A DNA stretch of 64,000 bases from positions 1,536,001-1,600,000 of the forward strand of contig CAVPBK010000006.1 in NCBI GenBank assembly GCA_963701855.1, read 5' to 3'. Origin of the DNA: Nitrospirota bacterium (GTDB lineage: Bacteria > Nitrospirota > Nitrospiria > Nitrospirales > Nitrospiraceae). Shown here piece after piece: positions 41,056 through 51,089 of the stretch (the first letter of the stretch is position 1; each line of letters starts with the position of its first letter). The notes below the pieces were generated by a model. The model was not told the origin of the DNA, searched no databases, and saw nothing but the letters and a program-made list of their open reading frames with translations. Both the position numbers and the translations under genes were made by a program.

Positions 41056-42117
41056 ATGTCCTCGTGGATCATTGCTCTTCAGAGAGGTGCCCACTCATTG
41101 AACGAGACTCTATTCGGTACGCTGAGAGAATCGACCAGTAGTTCGCTCCGTAGTCTGTATCACATCGCGCTGGTCAGCGTGAGCGCCTGGATTGCCATCT
41201 CTCTGCCTTGGATGGCCGAAACGTTTCTCGCCCATTGGTCTGGTCTGCAAGATCAAATGGAGTTCCTCGTCATCTCAGAAATAGCCATCGCCTTCTTGCT
41301 CATCGTGTGGCTGGATTATTTGTGGAGGAGTGTCAGCAATAGGAAGCTTGCCAATATGTCAAAGGGTGCGGGGTTGGCACTGTTTTTCCCTAAAAAGGAT
41401 CATCTGATGCACCGAACCATTGCCCGCTTGAAGTACAAGCACGGCGTGGGACGGAATGTCATGATGATTGGGTCCACAGGCTGGACGACCTTTGTCAATC
41501 CACAGGGAGATTTGCATGACGTCCTGGAGAATTGTCTTGAAGCGAAGATCTTGCTCTTGAACCCACACAGTGAAGAGGCGCGAATGCGCGCCACAATTCT
41601 TCAGCCTTCAGAAGCGATGATCGGCGACTGGAGCGAGCAGCTCAGAAGTTCGGTGCAATTTCTCAAAACACTGAAGCTCACACAGAAGAATATCAAGCTC
41701 AAGCTCTACCCTGACTATCCTCATGTCAAATTGGTGATTCTGGGCGATCACATTTGGGTACAGCATTATCATGCGACTCAGGATATCCAGACGATGCCGG
41801 AGTATGTATTCAGGCACACGCAACAAGACCATGGTCTGTATGCCTTGTTTTACCAGTATTTCGTGAAGCGGTGGGAAAGCCAGGAGATTCCAGAGTATGA
41901 CTTGGAGACAGACGAACTTGTCTACAAGAGTGCGAAGGGGATTGAAGAACGGAGAGAGCCGTTCAACTGGGATGATAGGAGCAACTCCGGTACGGGCGAA
42001 CTGCTGCTTCCAGACCAGATGCAGTTCGATGCGGCAGGTCGTCCCTACCAGGTATCCTCATTTCAAGCAAGTTCTCACCGAAGCCGTGAGACCCCCTCGC
42101 GGCTGGAAACCTTGTAA
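41056..42117 (+). CDS. Two-TM protein with a C-terminal DUF5919/PLD-like domain
   Basis: Two hydrophobic segments; KILLLNP, IKLKLY, VQHY. Confidence 0.65.
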   Translation: MSSWIIALQRGAHSLNETLFGTLRESTSSSLRSLYHIALVSVSAWIAISLPWMAETFLAHWSGLQDQMEFLVISEIAIAFLLIVWLDYLWRSVSNRKLANMSKGAGLALFFPKKDHLMHRTIARLKYKHGVGRNVMMIGSTGWTTFVNPQGDLHDVLENCLEAKILLLNPHSEEARMRATILQPSEAMIGDWSEQLRSSVQFLKTLKLTQKNIKLKLYPDYPHVKLVILGDHIWVQHYHATQDIQTMPEYVFRHTQQDHGLYALFYQYFVKRWESQEIPEYDLETDELVYKSAKGIEERREPFNWDDRSNSGTGELLLPDQMQFDAAGRPYQVSSFQASSHRSRETPSRLETL

Positions 42118-42581
42118 CAGTCCACATTGGCCTCAATCATGGGTATGTGGCGGAACTTTCGCACGTGAAGGAGAATTGTGGCAGGCGGAACGTACATTCG
42201 CCCCGCTGTCGCAACCCCCTTGCTACGCAGCCGCTTCAGGCCAGGCTATCAGATCGTCAGATCCAGATCCTAGGCATGTTGCCCATGGCAATACCATCAC
42301 CCACAGGGTTGAAGCGCGCGCTGTTGAACAGGGCACATGTCAGGACCTCACGCGCAGGCATGGGGGAGTTAGCCTGCTCGCCTCGACCACGGAAGCCCAC
42401 GATTCTCCCCCCTTCCTTCTCAATCGGCCTTACCCGAGCCCTCCGCAGACTCATGTAAGAAATCCCTCACACCGAGACTGCTGAAGATCTGGCCTCGGAA
42501 CGAGGCGCTGTCTGATCGTGTGTCATGCTGATGTCGGCTGTAATGCCGGTAGACGATCAGAAGAAAAAGGAGGGCTCCTCT

Positions 42582-43358
42582 ATGACACCGCAATTCTCTC
42601 AGAAAGCAAGGAAGGCAGAACACAGGTGGCTGTCGCTTCTGCTCATGTCTCTCTTAGCCGCCGTGATCCTCATCGGGACAATTGCCTCTGTAAAGCTGGC
42701 CACAGCCGCAGAATGTCAGCTCACCGACGCTGATGGCACGAGCCAAGGTTTGACAACTTCGGAGGGTACCACGTCATGGACGCTGCCACTCACCATCACC
42801 GTGGATCGGGATCTCTACAGAGGACTTGGACCGTCTCCGGTACGCAAGAGTGCACCCTACATGAAACGCAGCAGAATGAGCCTGGGCGAGACGGAAGATC
42901 AGGAAATTACCGCTATCCAGGCTTGTTTGAGCCAGGATATTCGAGAGAGTGCACTCTTCAAGCACGCCATGATGACCTCCCAGGGGAAAGCCCAGGCCAA
43001 AGTGCACACGCAGATCAAGAAATTTTCCACGCTCCCGTACAACGAAAAGAGACACATCTTCATCATCCGAACGACTCCGCCAGAGATCGGAATTTCTGTG
43101 CGCAAAAAGGCCCGCACAATCATCGGACCGGTTCCGGAACTCCAGCAATCCGTTCTGCCTGAAGCGCAGAGCGTGAGTCGACCCGTGGCCACGCTGCCCT
43201 CCACAGTGGAATTCCCTTCCCTGTTCGGAGGTCAGCTCTTGGTTGCCGTGCACCCATTCCAGAATGCACTGGAACTGCCTGGTAAGGAGTCCCTCCGTAT
43301 GAACCTGACGACGGCACAGGCGGTGCCTGACGGAAACTGTGCAGGTGGCTGCCCATAA
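42582..43358 (+). CDS. Secreted hypothetical protein
   Basis: GGAGG RBS; N-terminal hydrophobic segment. Confidence 0.6.
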   Translation: MTPQFSQKARKAEHRWLSLLLMSLLAAVILIGTIASVKLATAAECQLTDADGTSQGLTTSEGTTSWTLPLTITVDRDLYRGLGPSPVRKSAPYMKRSRMSLGETEDQEITAIQACLSQDIRESALFKHAMMTSQGKAQAKVHTQIKKFSTLPYNEKRHIFIIRTTPPEIGISVRKKARTIIGPVPELQQSVLPEAQSVSRPVATLPSTVEFPSLFGGQLLVAVHPFQNALELPGKESLRMNLTTAQAVPDGNCAGGCP

Positions 43359-43383
43359 GTATGCGTGAGGAGGCTCCAGAAAC

Positions 43384-43614
43384 ATGATGCTGGCACGCTG
43401 GAATGTGTTGTGGGTGGTTGAACAGATGCGTGAACAGAGCCAGATGCTCGACGTCCTTGTTCGGAAGGGACGGATCGCGATGGTGGGAGCCATGTACGAT
43501 GTCGTGACGGGAGAGATCGAGTTTCTGCAGAGGACGGGCGAATCGCGTGTCGCCTCCGGAGCTGGGTCGACCATCGTTATGACGAAGATGGACTTGTGCC
43601 AGGGGGAGGTGTGA
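43384..43614 (+). pseudogene. C-terminal fragment of beta-carbonic anhydrase
   Basis: NV..VVEQM..QS..L..LV..GRIAMVGAMYDVVTGEIEFL. Confidence 0.65.
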
Positions 43615-44185
43615 ACAGGATCATGGATGAGAGTCTCTGATGGGTAGGTGCCATGTGGAGGCGCACAGAAGGAGACATCTGAGCAGACTGTCAATATTTT
43701 CCTGTAAAGGACGATCCGAGAGAAAAGCCGATTAGCGAGACGATCGCGAAGAGTGGAGTGCTCCGATTGATAGTCCCACTCTAACCCACCAGGCACTGTT
43801 TTGATTGTTACGGTGAACCGAAAGCAACGCGTGACCGGACCGGCTCATGCAGGGATGGGTTGAAGTTGGGGCAAAGTGCCGGAGCCATCTGCGTGATCAT
43901 CCCGATGACCAAGTAAAAATCCTGGCACTGTTCATAGCGGAGCTGATGATCGGGCTGAGAAGCCGAGTTGGAAAAGAAACACGATACAATTGTCTGAGAA
44001 GTCGAGGCCGCCACCGCGGAGAACACGGTGATGAAGGTCCATATCGATGCGGCAGTTAAGGTCAGCACACAGTCTCCGGTAGCCCCGACACCCAATGGAG
44101 CACAGCGTCACCCACGCAATCTGGGGCCTACAAGGGGCGCAACACACACCATGTCCCCTGTGAGAGTAGAGGCTGTTGCTGTAGA

Positions 44186-44707
44186 ATGCTTCTCATGGAT
44201 CTCGCCCACATTTCGAGTGCAGCGGAACTGCTAACGATCGAGCACCCTCATTTCGGTAGGATTCACCCCCCTGGATTCTTCAAGACCACTATCGGTACCG
44301 TTACTGGTACGAGCCAGAAAGCCGTTGCCATAGCGGACTACAGTTCCGGCATACGCCAGACTGTTGCGTTCCAAATAGATCCACGAAATTTTATGGTAAC
44401 CATTGCCAGTTCATATGTACTGGTGACCCTAAAGGAGGGCGCGAGCAGGCACTCGGTTATCCACAAGACATGGAAGATGGTGGAGCGGCGTAAAGGGGAA
44501 GGAGTGACGGAGTTCTTCGGCACAGTTAGCACGTATATTGATTCAGATGGCTTGAAGTGGGAGCATCGATTTGAACGATCACCTCACGAAGATGAGTTAA
44601 TTGGCTTTGGGAGCAAGGGAGAGGAAGTCCTGATCATTACGCTGGAAAGCTTCTACCCCACGCCGGTTCCTGGCGTCAGTGGCGTGTTAATATCCCCGTC
44701 TCCCTAG
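44186..44707 (+). CDS. Hypothetical protein (possibly 5'-truncated)
   Basis: 173-aa ORF, no motif recognised. Confidence 0.45.
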   Translation: MLLMDLAHISSAAELLTIEHPHFGRIHPPGFFKTTIGTVTGTSQKAVAIADYSSGIRQTVAFQIDPRNFMVTIASSYVLVTLKEGASRHSVIHKTWKMVERRKGEGVTEFFGTVSTYIDSDGLKWEHRFERSPHEDELIGFGSKGEEVLIITLESFYPTPVPGVSGVLISPSP

Positions 44708-44799
44708 GCCCACCAAATTCTTCAACTACTTACATGTTACATGCCGCAGCACTGCCGGTGATCCAGCCGACGGTGCTAAATTGTACTAACACCTGCCCG

Positions 44800-45020
44800 T
44801 CAATCCAAAATCTCCACCCATTCCGCAAACTTTCTGGATAAATGGTACGCATAGGGCTGACCTATCATCGGCGATGGATGCGCAAGAATGTGTGGTATCT
44901 CGTCCAGCTCTCTTTCTGTCTGGCCCAATCGTGTGGCGAAGGTGTGCCGTCGATCGTGGAAATTAGAGAGATGATATGGATAACTCCTCGACGTGGCCTC
45001 TTGTAGAAATCCTCAACGGG
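44800..45020 (-). pseudogene. Tyrosine integrase C-terminal remnant, copy 1
   Basis: FHDRRHTFATRLGQ...ILAHPSPMIGQPYAYH/YPESLRNG.EILD. Confidence 0.75.
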
Positions 45021-45069
45021 TTACCAAAACATTTAAGGTTGAAGCAATTCGGCTCTGGAATTCCTCTGG

Positions 45070-45232
45070 TCGGCCAGCGGCAGCAGTGGAACTTCAGCCC
45101 TCAAGACCCGACGGGTGAAGCAGAAGATCATCAGGCCGAGCTGTCAGCGGTCACCGTCCTCGAATTAAGTATCATTCCTGACATCAGCGGAGGGAATGCG
45201 TTCGCTTCGTTGGCGCAAATGCGGCTTGCTTA
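45070..45232 (+). pseudogene. C-terminal fragment of a beta-sandwich hypothetical protein
   Basis: RQQWNFSP...VTVLELSIIPDISGGNAFASLAQMRLA. Confidence 0.4.
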
Positions 45233-45324
45233 CCCTCGCACTCAACCAAACTACCCAGCAACATTGTTTCAGAAAGACCGAGGGTCGAGTCTCGCACCCA
45301 ACATTTTATGACGCATGGCGGGGA

Positions 45325-45393
45325 TCTGGTTCGTCAGTTTCTTTGGTCTGTCTCGTTTGTGTGGGTGGACGAACGAGAGAGACCTGGCAGACC
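45325..45393. repeat. 9-nt periodic palindromic element, degenerate copy 2
   Basis: TCTGGTTCG/TTTGGTCTG/TCTCGTTTG then GAACGAGAG/AGACC units. Confidence 0.55.
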
Positions 45394-45583
45394 CGCACAC
45401 GCGATAAACTGCGCTGGAGCCGACGGCCTCTGATTTGTCACGGGCGATTCTGCCGCGCCGGGCGCAGTTCGGTTGCTTCACTGGTGATTTCCGGACTCGA
45501 CCGGCAGCCAGATTCCGGCCCGATTCTGCATGAGCAGAGGTGGTGCGCAGCTCGTTCTTCCGTGAGTGACATGGGCGATCCGC

Positions 45584-46147
45584 TTACTTCTTTTTGGCCG
45601 GAGGGTAGTTTTCAAATGCCGTGGCGACTCCCTGGTCGGCCATTTCAACATTCTTCTCCGGGCTCTCCTTCAGCGTTCCCACGATCGTGGCTCGCCACAC
45701 CAACTCCTTTTTCGACGACTCAGCCAGATCCACAATTAAGGTGCCTTCTTGATACTCGTAGGTAGTCACGCCACCGCCATAATAGCCGGTGCGCCACCCG
45801 TACTGGCCACCATAGGCGCCCCCTCTGACACCAGTGCTCTCGACACGTTGCTTGTCCTTTACACCAACCCAAAAGTGTACCAGCAGATCGGGATGGTCTT
45901 CCAAGCCGACTTGCCGTAGGCCCTTGGCGGTCAGCTGCTGGCCAACCATCTCTTCGATCCGTTTTCGCAAGAGTGAATTATCCAATACCCCGTTCTGATC
46001 TCTGTCCGTCAGTCCCGTGAAGGCAAACGTGCGAAATGCAGAGAACTCAGCGGACGGATCGAAATCTGTCTGCACCCTCGGCCCCACACAGCCTCCGGTG
46101 GCGAGTAGCCCCAGTGCCAACCATGCGATCAAGAATTTGATGGTCAT
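45584..46147 (-). CDS. DUF4136 lipoprotein
   Basis: TGGC lipobox; DFDPSAEFSAFRTF; YQEGTLIVDL..LVWRA. Confidence 0.9.
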   Translation of the reverse strand: MTIKFLIAWLALGLLATGGCVGPRVQTDFDPSAEFSAFRTFAFTGLTDRDQNGVLDNSLLRKRIEEMVGQQLTAKGLRQVGLEDHPDLLVHFWVGVKDKQRVESTGVRGGAYGGQYGWRTGYYGGGVTTYEYQEGTLIVDLAESSKKELVWRATIVGTLKESPEKNVEMADQGVATAFENYPPAKKK

Positions 46148-46471
46148 ATTGCGTCACCTTCCCACCATGAGAGCCCTTGCAGAAACAATACGCTCAAAAC
46201 ATATACCGAATCCCAACTTGTGTAAACCTGTCATAGACCTCGCTAACGCCCAGAGAACCCTCGTGGGGCCTTAGATTGACCCTGCACATTACCTCAGACC
46301 GGAAGAAATGAACAATTACCAGGCCTCTTTCCCGACGCTTGGCGGGCTGTCTCCCAAGATTGCTTGTGAAATTCTTCTGCAACGAGCCGTTGATACATTC
46401 ATCCATTTCCCACGCCTCGCCTTGCGATTTTCTTAGCCTCCTCCTACAATACGCCTCCCTGCGAGGCCCCC

Positions 46472-46804
46472 ATGCCCTTCATGCTTCGTCTCTACCAACG
46501 CTTCCCCGTGTACTGCGCCGCCTCGTACCAAGCCGGCCTGTACCAAGGACAAGGCACTGTCTGGAACTTTTCGCTGAGCGGGTGGAAACTCTCGGGCGAT
46601 GTTCCCTTGCAAGTTGGACAGATGTGCTCCTTGACCGTCAATTTGCCGATCGAAGAAAGCATCGTTGTGGATGCTGCGATCGTGCGCTGGGTTCGGGGCC
46701 AGGAGTTCGGCCTGGAAACCTTGGCGATTGAGAAGCAGACGCATAGTCGGATGGAGCACGTAATCAAACGACTCGTAGAGGAATCCGGTGAGAACATCGA
46801 ATGA
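46472..46804 (+). CDS. PilZ domain protein
   Basis: RLYQRFP, NFSLSG, VRWVRGQEFGL. Confidence 0.85.
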   Translation: MPFMLRLYQRFPVYCAASYQAGLYQGQGTVWNFSLSGWKLSGDVPLQVGQMCSLTVNLPIEESIVVDAAIVRWVRGQEFGLETLAIEKQTHSRMEHVIKRLVEESGENIE

Positions 46805-47155
46805 GCAACGACCGCCCCACCCGTGACAACATGAGCATCGAGGAAGCGACCATCTCCAATATGTGGGAGATGGCAGCGGTTGTGGAAGTGCTGGAGCGAA
46901 GGGCCTCTGCACGAAACACAACCTCTACGACCTCATCACCGAGTTCCGCCGCAAGAGTCCCCGTGTCAGCATCCCTGAGACCGCGTTCCCCGAGTCCTAC
47001 TAGCTCCCCGAACCCGAGGATAAGATTATCGACAACATCTTAGAACTACTGAACAATCACGGGCCGACCTCGCACCAGTCGATGAACCTGCTCGAACGGT
47101 TGGGGCGGATCATTGAGATGGGCCAGAAGTTGTCGAAGGGGACGACGCACTATGA
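46801..47155 (+). pseudogene. Frameshifted small hypothetical gene
   Basis: MSIEEATISNMWEMAAVVEVLER, continued in other frames with internal stops to ...ERLGRIIEMGQK. Confidence 0.5.
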
Positions 47156-47211
47156 AAGAGGCTGCTTACGAGCAAACCAGTCGCAAGATTGTGACGAAGC
47201 AGACGTAATCC

Positions 47212-47907
47212 ATGAGCGCACGCAGCCTCATTCTTCTTTTACTTCTTGTACCACTCCCAGGCTGCGTCGTGACGTATGGAAACTTTCCCGACGCAAGCTT
47301 TGAGTCCCTTCCGAAGGACTATGAGCCCAAGGCTCTTGCATATCACGTCAACCCTATTCCGTATGCCCTGTTTGACGCATCAAGCGGGGGTCCAACCAAT
47401 CAGGCGGACTCCAGTGTCGTCGTCGTGATTGTCCCCAACTGGTATCCCTTGGCCATGAAAGATTTTCGGGAAGCAGGGGTTCGCGAAGTGTCGCGGACGC
47501 TAACGGCCAGTGGCATGTTTTCTGAACTGATACTCGGAGAAGCAAGTCCTTCGGGCGAAGGAACGTATGTCAATATCGAGTTTCACAATCACGATCCCTC
47601 TCCAGGAGCGGTATCAACGGCGCTCCACCAACTCAACGGATGCGGTGTCATTCTCCTTTGTCTCCTGGGGGTGTGGGGAGCGATTCCGCACTATTCGGAT
47701 GAGGGGGGTCTGACCGTGGATTACCACCTATATAAGAATAGGACGCCACAGCACACCTACCAGTATCGGATTTACAAAAAAGGAGCAGGGGGATTATTGT
47801 TGCTTCCATTTGCCTGGCTGAACTTCTTCACCGACGATTTAAAGGATGCTCTGCGCGCAACCACGCTCCAATTCCTTATCGACGCACAACGCGATGGCAA
47901 TTTGTAG
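47212..47907 (+). CDS. Hypothetical lipoprotein
   Basis: LPGC lipobox; internal hydrophobic hairpin LGVWGAIPHY. Confidence 0.75.
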   Translation: MSARSLILLLLLVPLPGCVVTYGNFPDASFESLPKDYEPKALAYHVNPIPYALFDASSGGPTNQADSSVVVVIVPNWYPLAMKDFREAGVREVSRTLTASGMFSELILGEASPSGEGTYVNIEFHNHDPSPGAVSTALHQLNGCGVILLCLLGVWGAIPHYSDEGGLTVDYHLYKNRTPQHTYQYRIYKKGAGGLLLLPFAWLNFFTDDLKDALRATTLQFLIDAQRDGNL

Positions 47908-48004
47908 CCCCCGTATCCTTCAACTCACCGCGTCAACTCCCTTGCTACCTGAGCCGACAGTGATAAAGTGTGATATCGGCGTGATCCGGTCCAGGCCGTC
48001 GACC

Positions 48005-48208
48005 CCATTCCGCAAACTTTCCGGATAGATACTGGTACGCATAGGGCCGAGCTATCATCGGCGATGGATGCGCAAGGAGGTGTGGTAGCTCGTCCAGCTC
48101 TCTTTCTGTCTGACCAATCGTGTGACGAAGGTGTGCCGTCGATCGTGGAAATTAGAAGATGATATGGATAACCCCTCGACGTGGCCTCTTGTAGAAATCC
48201 TCAACGGG
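48005..48208 (-). pseudogene. Tyrosine integrase C-terminal remnant, copy 2
   Basis: Direct repeat of 44817-45020; FHDRRHTFVTRL/...LLAHPSPMIARPYAY/YPESLRNGVD. Confidence 0.75.
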
Positions 48209-48303
48209 TCACCGCACCGCTACGGCAATCTCAGCCCTCAATAAAGAGTATAATGAGGGCGCATCAGTCAGTCATTGTCAGCATACCGGGTAGGAGGTGC
48301 GCG

Positions 48304-49383
48304 ATGCGCAGGGTCCTGCTGCTCTTGACGCTAGTTGTTACGGTTGTGGCACTGCCGCCTCCTCCCGCATGGGCCTACCGGGACCATTTCACGCCGGAGC
48401 AGAAAGCGTTGCTGGAGAAGATTCAGGCGGTGCGCATCGAGGCGATGGCACTGACCGACAAGGGAGCCAGTGACGCGGCGCCGATTGCCGAACTTGTCGC
48501 CCGCCGGATGGGCGAATTGGGATACAGGGTCGTGGGCGAAGCGGCTGCACCGAACGACGTGGTGATCAAAGTCAAATGTGAACAGCGAAAAACATGGGAA
48601 GGCACCACGGCTGCCGGCGGCGATGCGGATTTACCCGATGCCCCGTCTCGGCTGTGGAAAGGCCCAGCCTGTCAGATGACCTATCTCCTCGGGAACATGA
48701 AGGTCAAATGGCAGAAAGAGGTCCGAACCGAGGTTGAAGATGCGGGACAAGCCGCACAATCAGCGAACGCGGGAGATCCTGGCGTCTATGCCCTGAGCAA
48801 ACTGCGGGAGGCGCTCGAGACGTATGAATTTCCCTTGTTGCTGGCTGCGGAGTGGGGTCAGCCTGAGCGTCTGTTGAGGCTGCTCGATCGATCCGACACG
48901 CCGCAGGCTAGAAAGCTGAAAATCATTTCTCTCTTAGGCGAGATGCAGGCCGACGAGGCCTTGCCGAAGCTGAAAGAGGCGCTCAAGGATCGCGACCTGG
49001 CGAAACAAGCGATTGGGGCGATAGGCAGTCTTGGCAAAGAAGGCATTCCGCTCTTGGTGGAGATCCTGAATACGTCACTGGATATTGAGGTGCAAGCCGC
49101 AGCAGCCAAGGGTTTGGGCCAGCTCGGCGGACTGCATGGGGATGCCTCGGTCGTGCCGCCGCTGCTGGCCAAGTTGAAGGATCCGAAGACCGACTGGTCG
49201 GTGCTCACGGAAGTGGCGTGGGCGCTGGGCAAGATTCCGGATAAACGATCGATCGAGCCGCTTACCGATCTCGACAAGAAACTGCAAGCTCTGCGTGATC
49301 CGGAGAATGTGTCGTTGAAGAAACTCAAAGAAGCGGTGTTCTGGGCGATTAAACAGTGCGATACGTGGGATCAGTTCAGCTAA
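48304..49383 (+). CDS. Secreted HEAT-repeat protein
   Basis: AGGAGG RBS; signal; ALPKLKEALKD, AAAKGLGQL, VAWALGKI repeats. Confidence 0.85.
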   Translation: MRRVLLLLTLVVTVVALPPPPAWAYRDHFTPEQKALLEKIQAVRIEAMALTDKGASDAAPIAELVARRMGELGYRVVGEAAAPNDVVIKVKCEQRKTWEGTTAAGGDADLPDAPSRLWKGPACQMTYLLGNMKVKWQKEVRTEVEDAGQAAQSANAGDPGVYALSKLREALETYEFPLLLAAEWGQPERLLRLLDRSDTPQARKLKIISLLGEMQADEALPKLKEALKDRDLAKQAIGAIGSLGKEGIPLLVEILNTSLDIEVQAAAAKGLGQLGGLHGDASVVPPLLAKLKDPKTDWSVLTEVAWALGKIPDKRSIEPLTDLDKKLQALRDPENVSLKKLKEAVFWAIKQCDTWDQFS

Positions 49384-49389
49384 GACCCG

Positions 49390-49426
49390 CTACCGGCCGC
49401 AGGCTCCAGTCTGCGGCCGGGCTTTT
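49390..49426 (+). terminator. Intrinsic terminator
   Basis: CCGGCCGCAG...CTGCGGCCGG followed by GCTTTT. Confidence 0.65.
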
Positions 49427-49486
49427 CAGGCCGTACCCCCATTCAAGCGTCTGCCCGGCGTGTCGATATTCTCCCCATTGCTACAG

Positions 49487-49526
49487 TAAAACGGGCGGGG
49501 GAGTGGTCAGCCACTTCCCCCGCCCC
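49487..49526 (-). terminator. Intrinsic terminator after the OmpA gene
   Basis: GGGCGGGGGAGTGG...CCACTTCCCCGCCC hairpin with T-run on the minus strand. Confidence 0.65.
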
Positions 49527-49551
49527 AACTAATTTAGACAAACCGCATTTC

Positions 49552-50526
49552 CTACTTCGTGACGCGAACCTCGACGCGGCGGTTCTTGGCTCGGCCCGCA
49601 TCAGTCGTGTTTGGTTCAACCGGCTTGGTATCTGCATAACCATGCGTCGTTGCAGATCCAAGACCGCCTTCGGTCAGCGCCTTCGCCGCATTGGCCGCAC
49701 GGGATTCAGAGAGTTCCTTGTTCGTAGGGAACTTTTTCTTCAGTGAGCCACGGATTGCCACATTGTCGGTATGACCGTCTACCGCCACCTTGTATTCAGG
49801 GAAATCCTTCAAGACCGCTCCGACTTGCTTCAGTGCATCGGCGCCCGCCGGTTTCAGTTCATCTTGGCCGGACCCGAACAGATAGCCGGAAGCCAGGTTA
49901 ATCAACAACCGCTCATTGTTAAGGTCGACGGTGATGTCACCCTTCTCGATCTGAGGACGAAGCGCCCGGATCAATCCACGTTGCGCTTCTTTCAGTTTCG
50001 TCATCTCGGCAGAGAGTTCGCCGCGCAGACCAGCTAGTTCCTTGTCTCGATCGGCCAGCTGCTGCTCGAGTTCAGCCACCCGCTGCTTGCACGCGGCCAG
50101 TTCGGCTGCGAGCTTATCTTTGTCGCCGGTGGTGATGCCCATCGCCGCGAGCTGGGCCGCGAGCTGGGCCTCGAGATCAGCGTTGCGTTTATTCGCGGTC
50201 GCGAGCTGCTGACTCGCGAGCTTGGCGGAATCGCCTGCACCGGAACGCAGAGAGGCAACTTCTCGATCACGGTCGGCGAGCTGTCGTTCCAGATCGCTTG
50301 CGCGGCTGCTCAGGGCGCGAATCTGCTTCTGTGCTGCACCCAGCTCATCGGGGGCCACAGGGGCTGGTTCGACACAACGAGTGTCATTCCAAGCCGTCCA
50401 TCCGTGAGTCTTCTCGCAAACGGGGCTTAAGTCCGATTTCTGACTCGCGAAGTCCTCTTTCTGACTCGCACAGGCTGTCAGAGCGGCCAAGCCTGCTATC
50501 AGGATGGTGGTTTTCAACGCCTGCAT
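49552..50526 (-). CDS. OmpA/MotB-domain lipoprotein with coiled coil
   Basis: LTAC lipobox; VDGHTD, NKELSESRA, AKNRRVEV. Confidence 0.9.
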   Translation of the reverse strand: MQALKTTILIAGLAALTACASQKEDFASQKSDLSPVCEKTHGWTAWNDTRCVEPAPVAPDELGAAQKQIRALSSRASDLERQLADRDREVASLRSGAGDSAKLASQQLATANKRNADLEAQLAAQLAAMGITTGDKDKLAAELAACKQRVAELEQQLADRDKELAGLRGELSAEMTKLKEAQRGLIRALRPQIEKGDITVDLNNERLLINLASGYLFGSGQDELKPAGADALKQVGAVLKDFPEYKVAVDGHTDNVAIRGSLKKKFPTNKELSESRAANAAKALTEGGLGSATTHGYADTKPVEPNTTDAGRAKNRRVEVRVTK

Positions 50527-50608
50527 GATGATCTCCTCCTCTTGATTGTGCGGGTCGTCAATCGTGTGAGTCTTTTCCCTCCCGCCTTAGGGGAAATCTC
50601 ATTGCATC

Positions 50609-51037
50609 TTAGACAGTGGACGTACAATGTGCACACTTCGTGGCCTTGATCGGGATCACCGACAAACAATGCGGACAGTCTTTGGTCGTCGGAGCCGCGG
50701 TCGGCTCAGGTTTCTTCAGTCGGTTGACCTGTTTTACGAGCAGGAAGATTACAAATGCAATGATAATAAAGTCAAATGTGGCTTGAAGAAAGATCCCGTA
50801 ATTGATGGTGGGAGCTCCCGCCACCTTGGCTGCGGCGAGAGACGGTTGTGGCGTTCCGGACAGATTGATGAATAGGCTAGAGAAATCCACCTTCCCCATC
50901 AGCAATCCAATGGGAGGCATCAGCACGTCGCTGACGAGCGACGAGACGATTTTTCCGAACGCGCCGCCGATGATCACACCGATCGCCATGTCGAGCACGT
51001 TGCCCTTCATGGCGAAGTCTTTGAATTCTTTCAGCAT
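50609..51037 (-). CDS. mscL: Large-conductance mechanosensitive channel
   Basis: [36 protein letters not shown]-terminal CxxC..CxxC. Confidence 0.97.
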   Translation of the reverse strand: MLKEFKDFAMKGNVLDMAIGVIIGGAFGKIVSSLVSDVLMPPIGLLMGKVDFSSLFINLSGTPQPSLAAAKVAGAPTINYGIFLQATFDFIIIAFVIFLLVKQVNRLKKPEPTAAPTTKDCPHCLSVIPIKATKCAHCTSTV

Positions 51038-51089
51038 GGTTCCTCCTTATGAGGATGATTAGGGTGTACTGCATTGGATATTAATGGGA

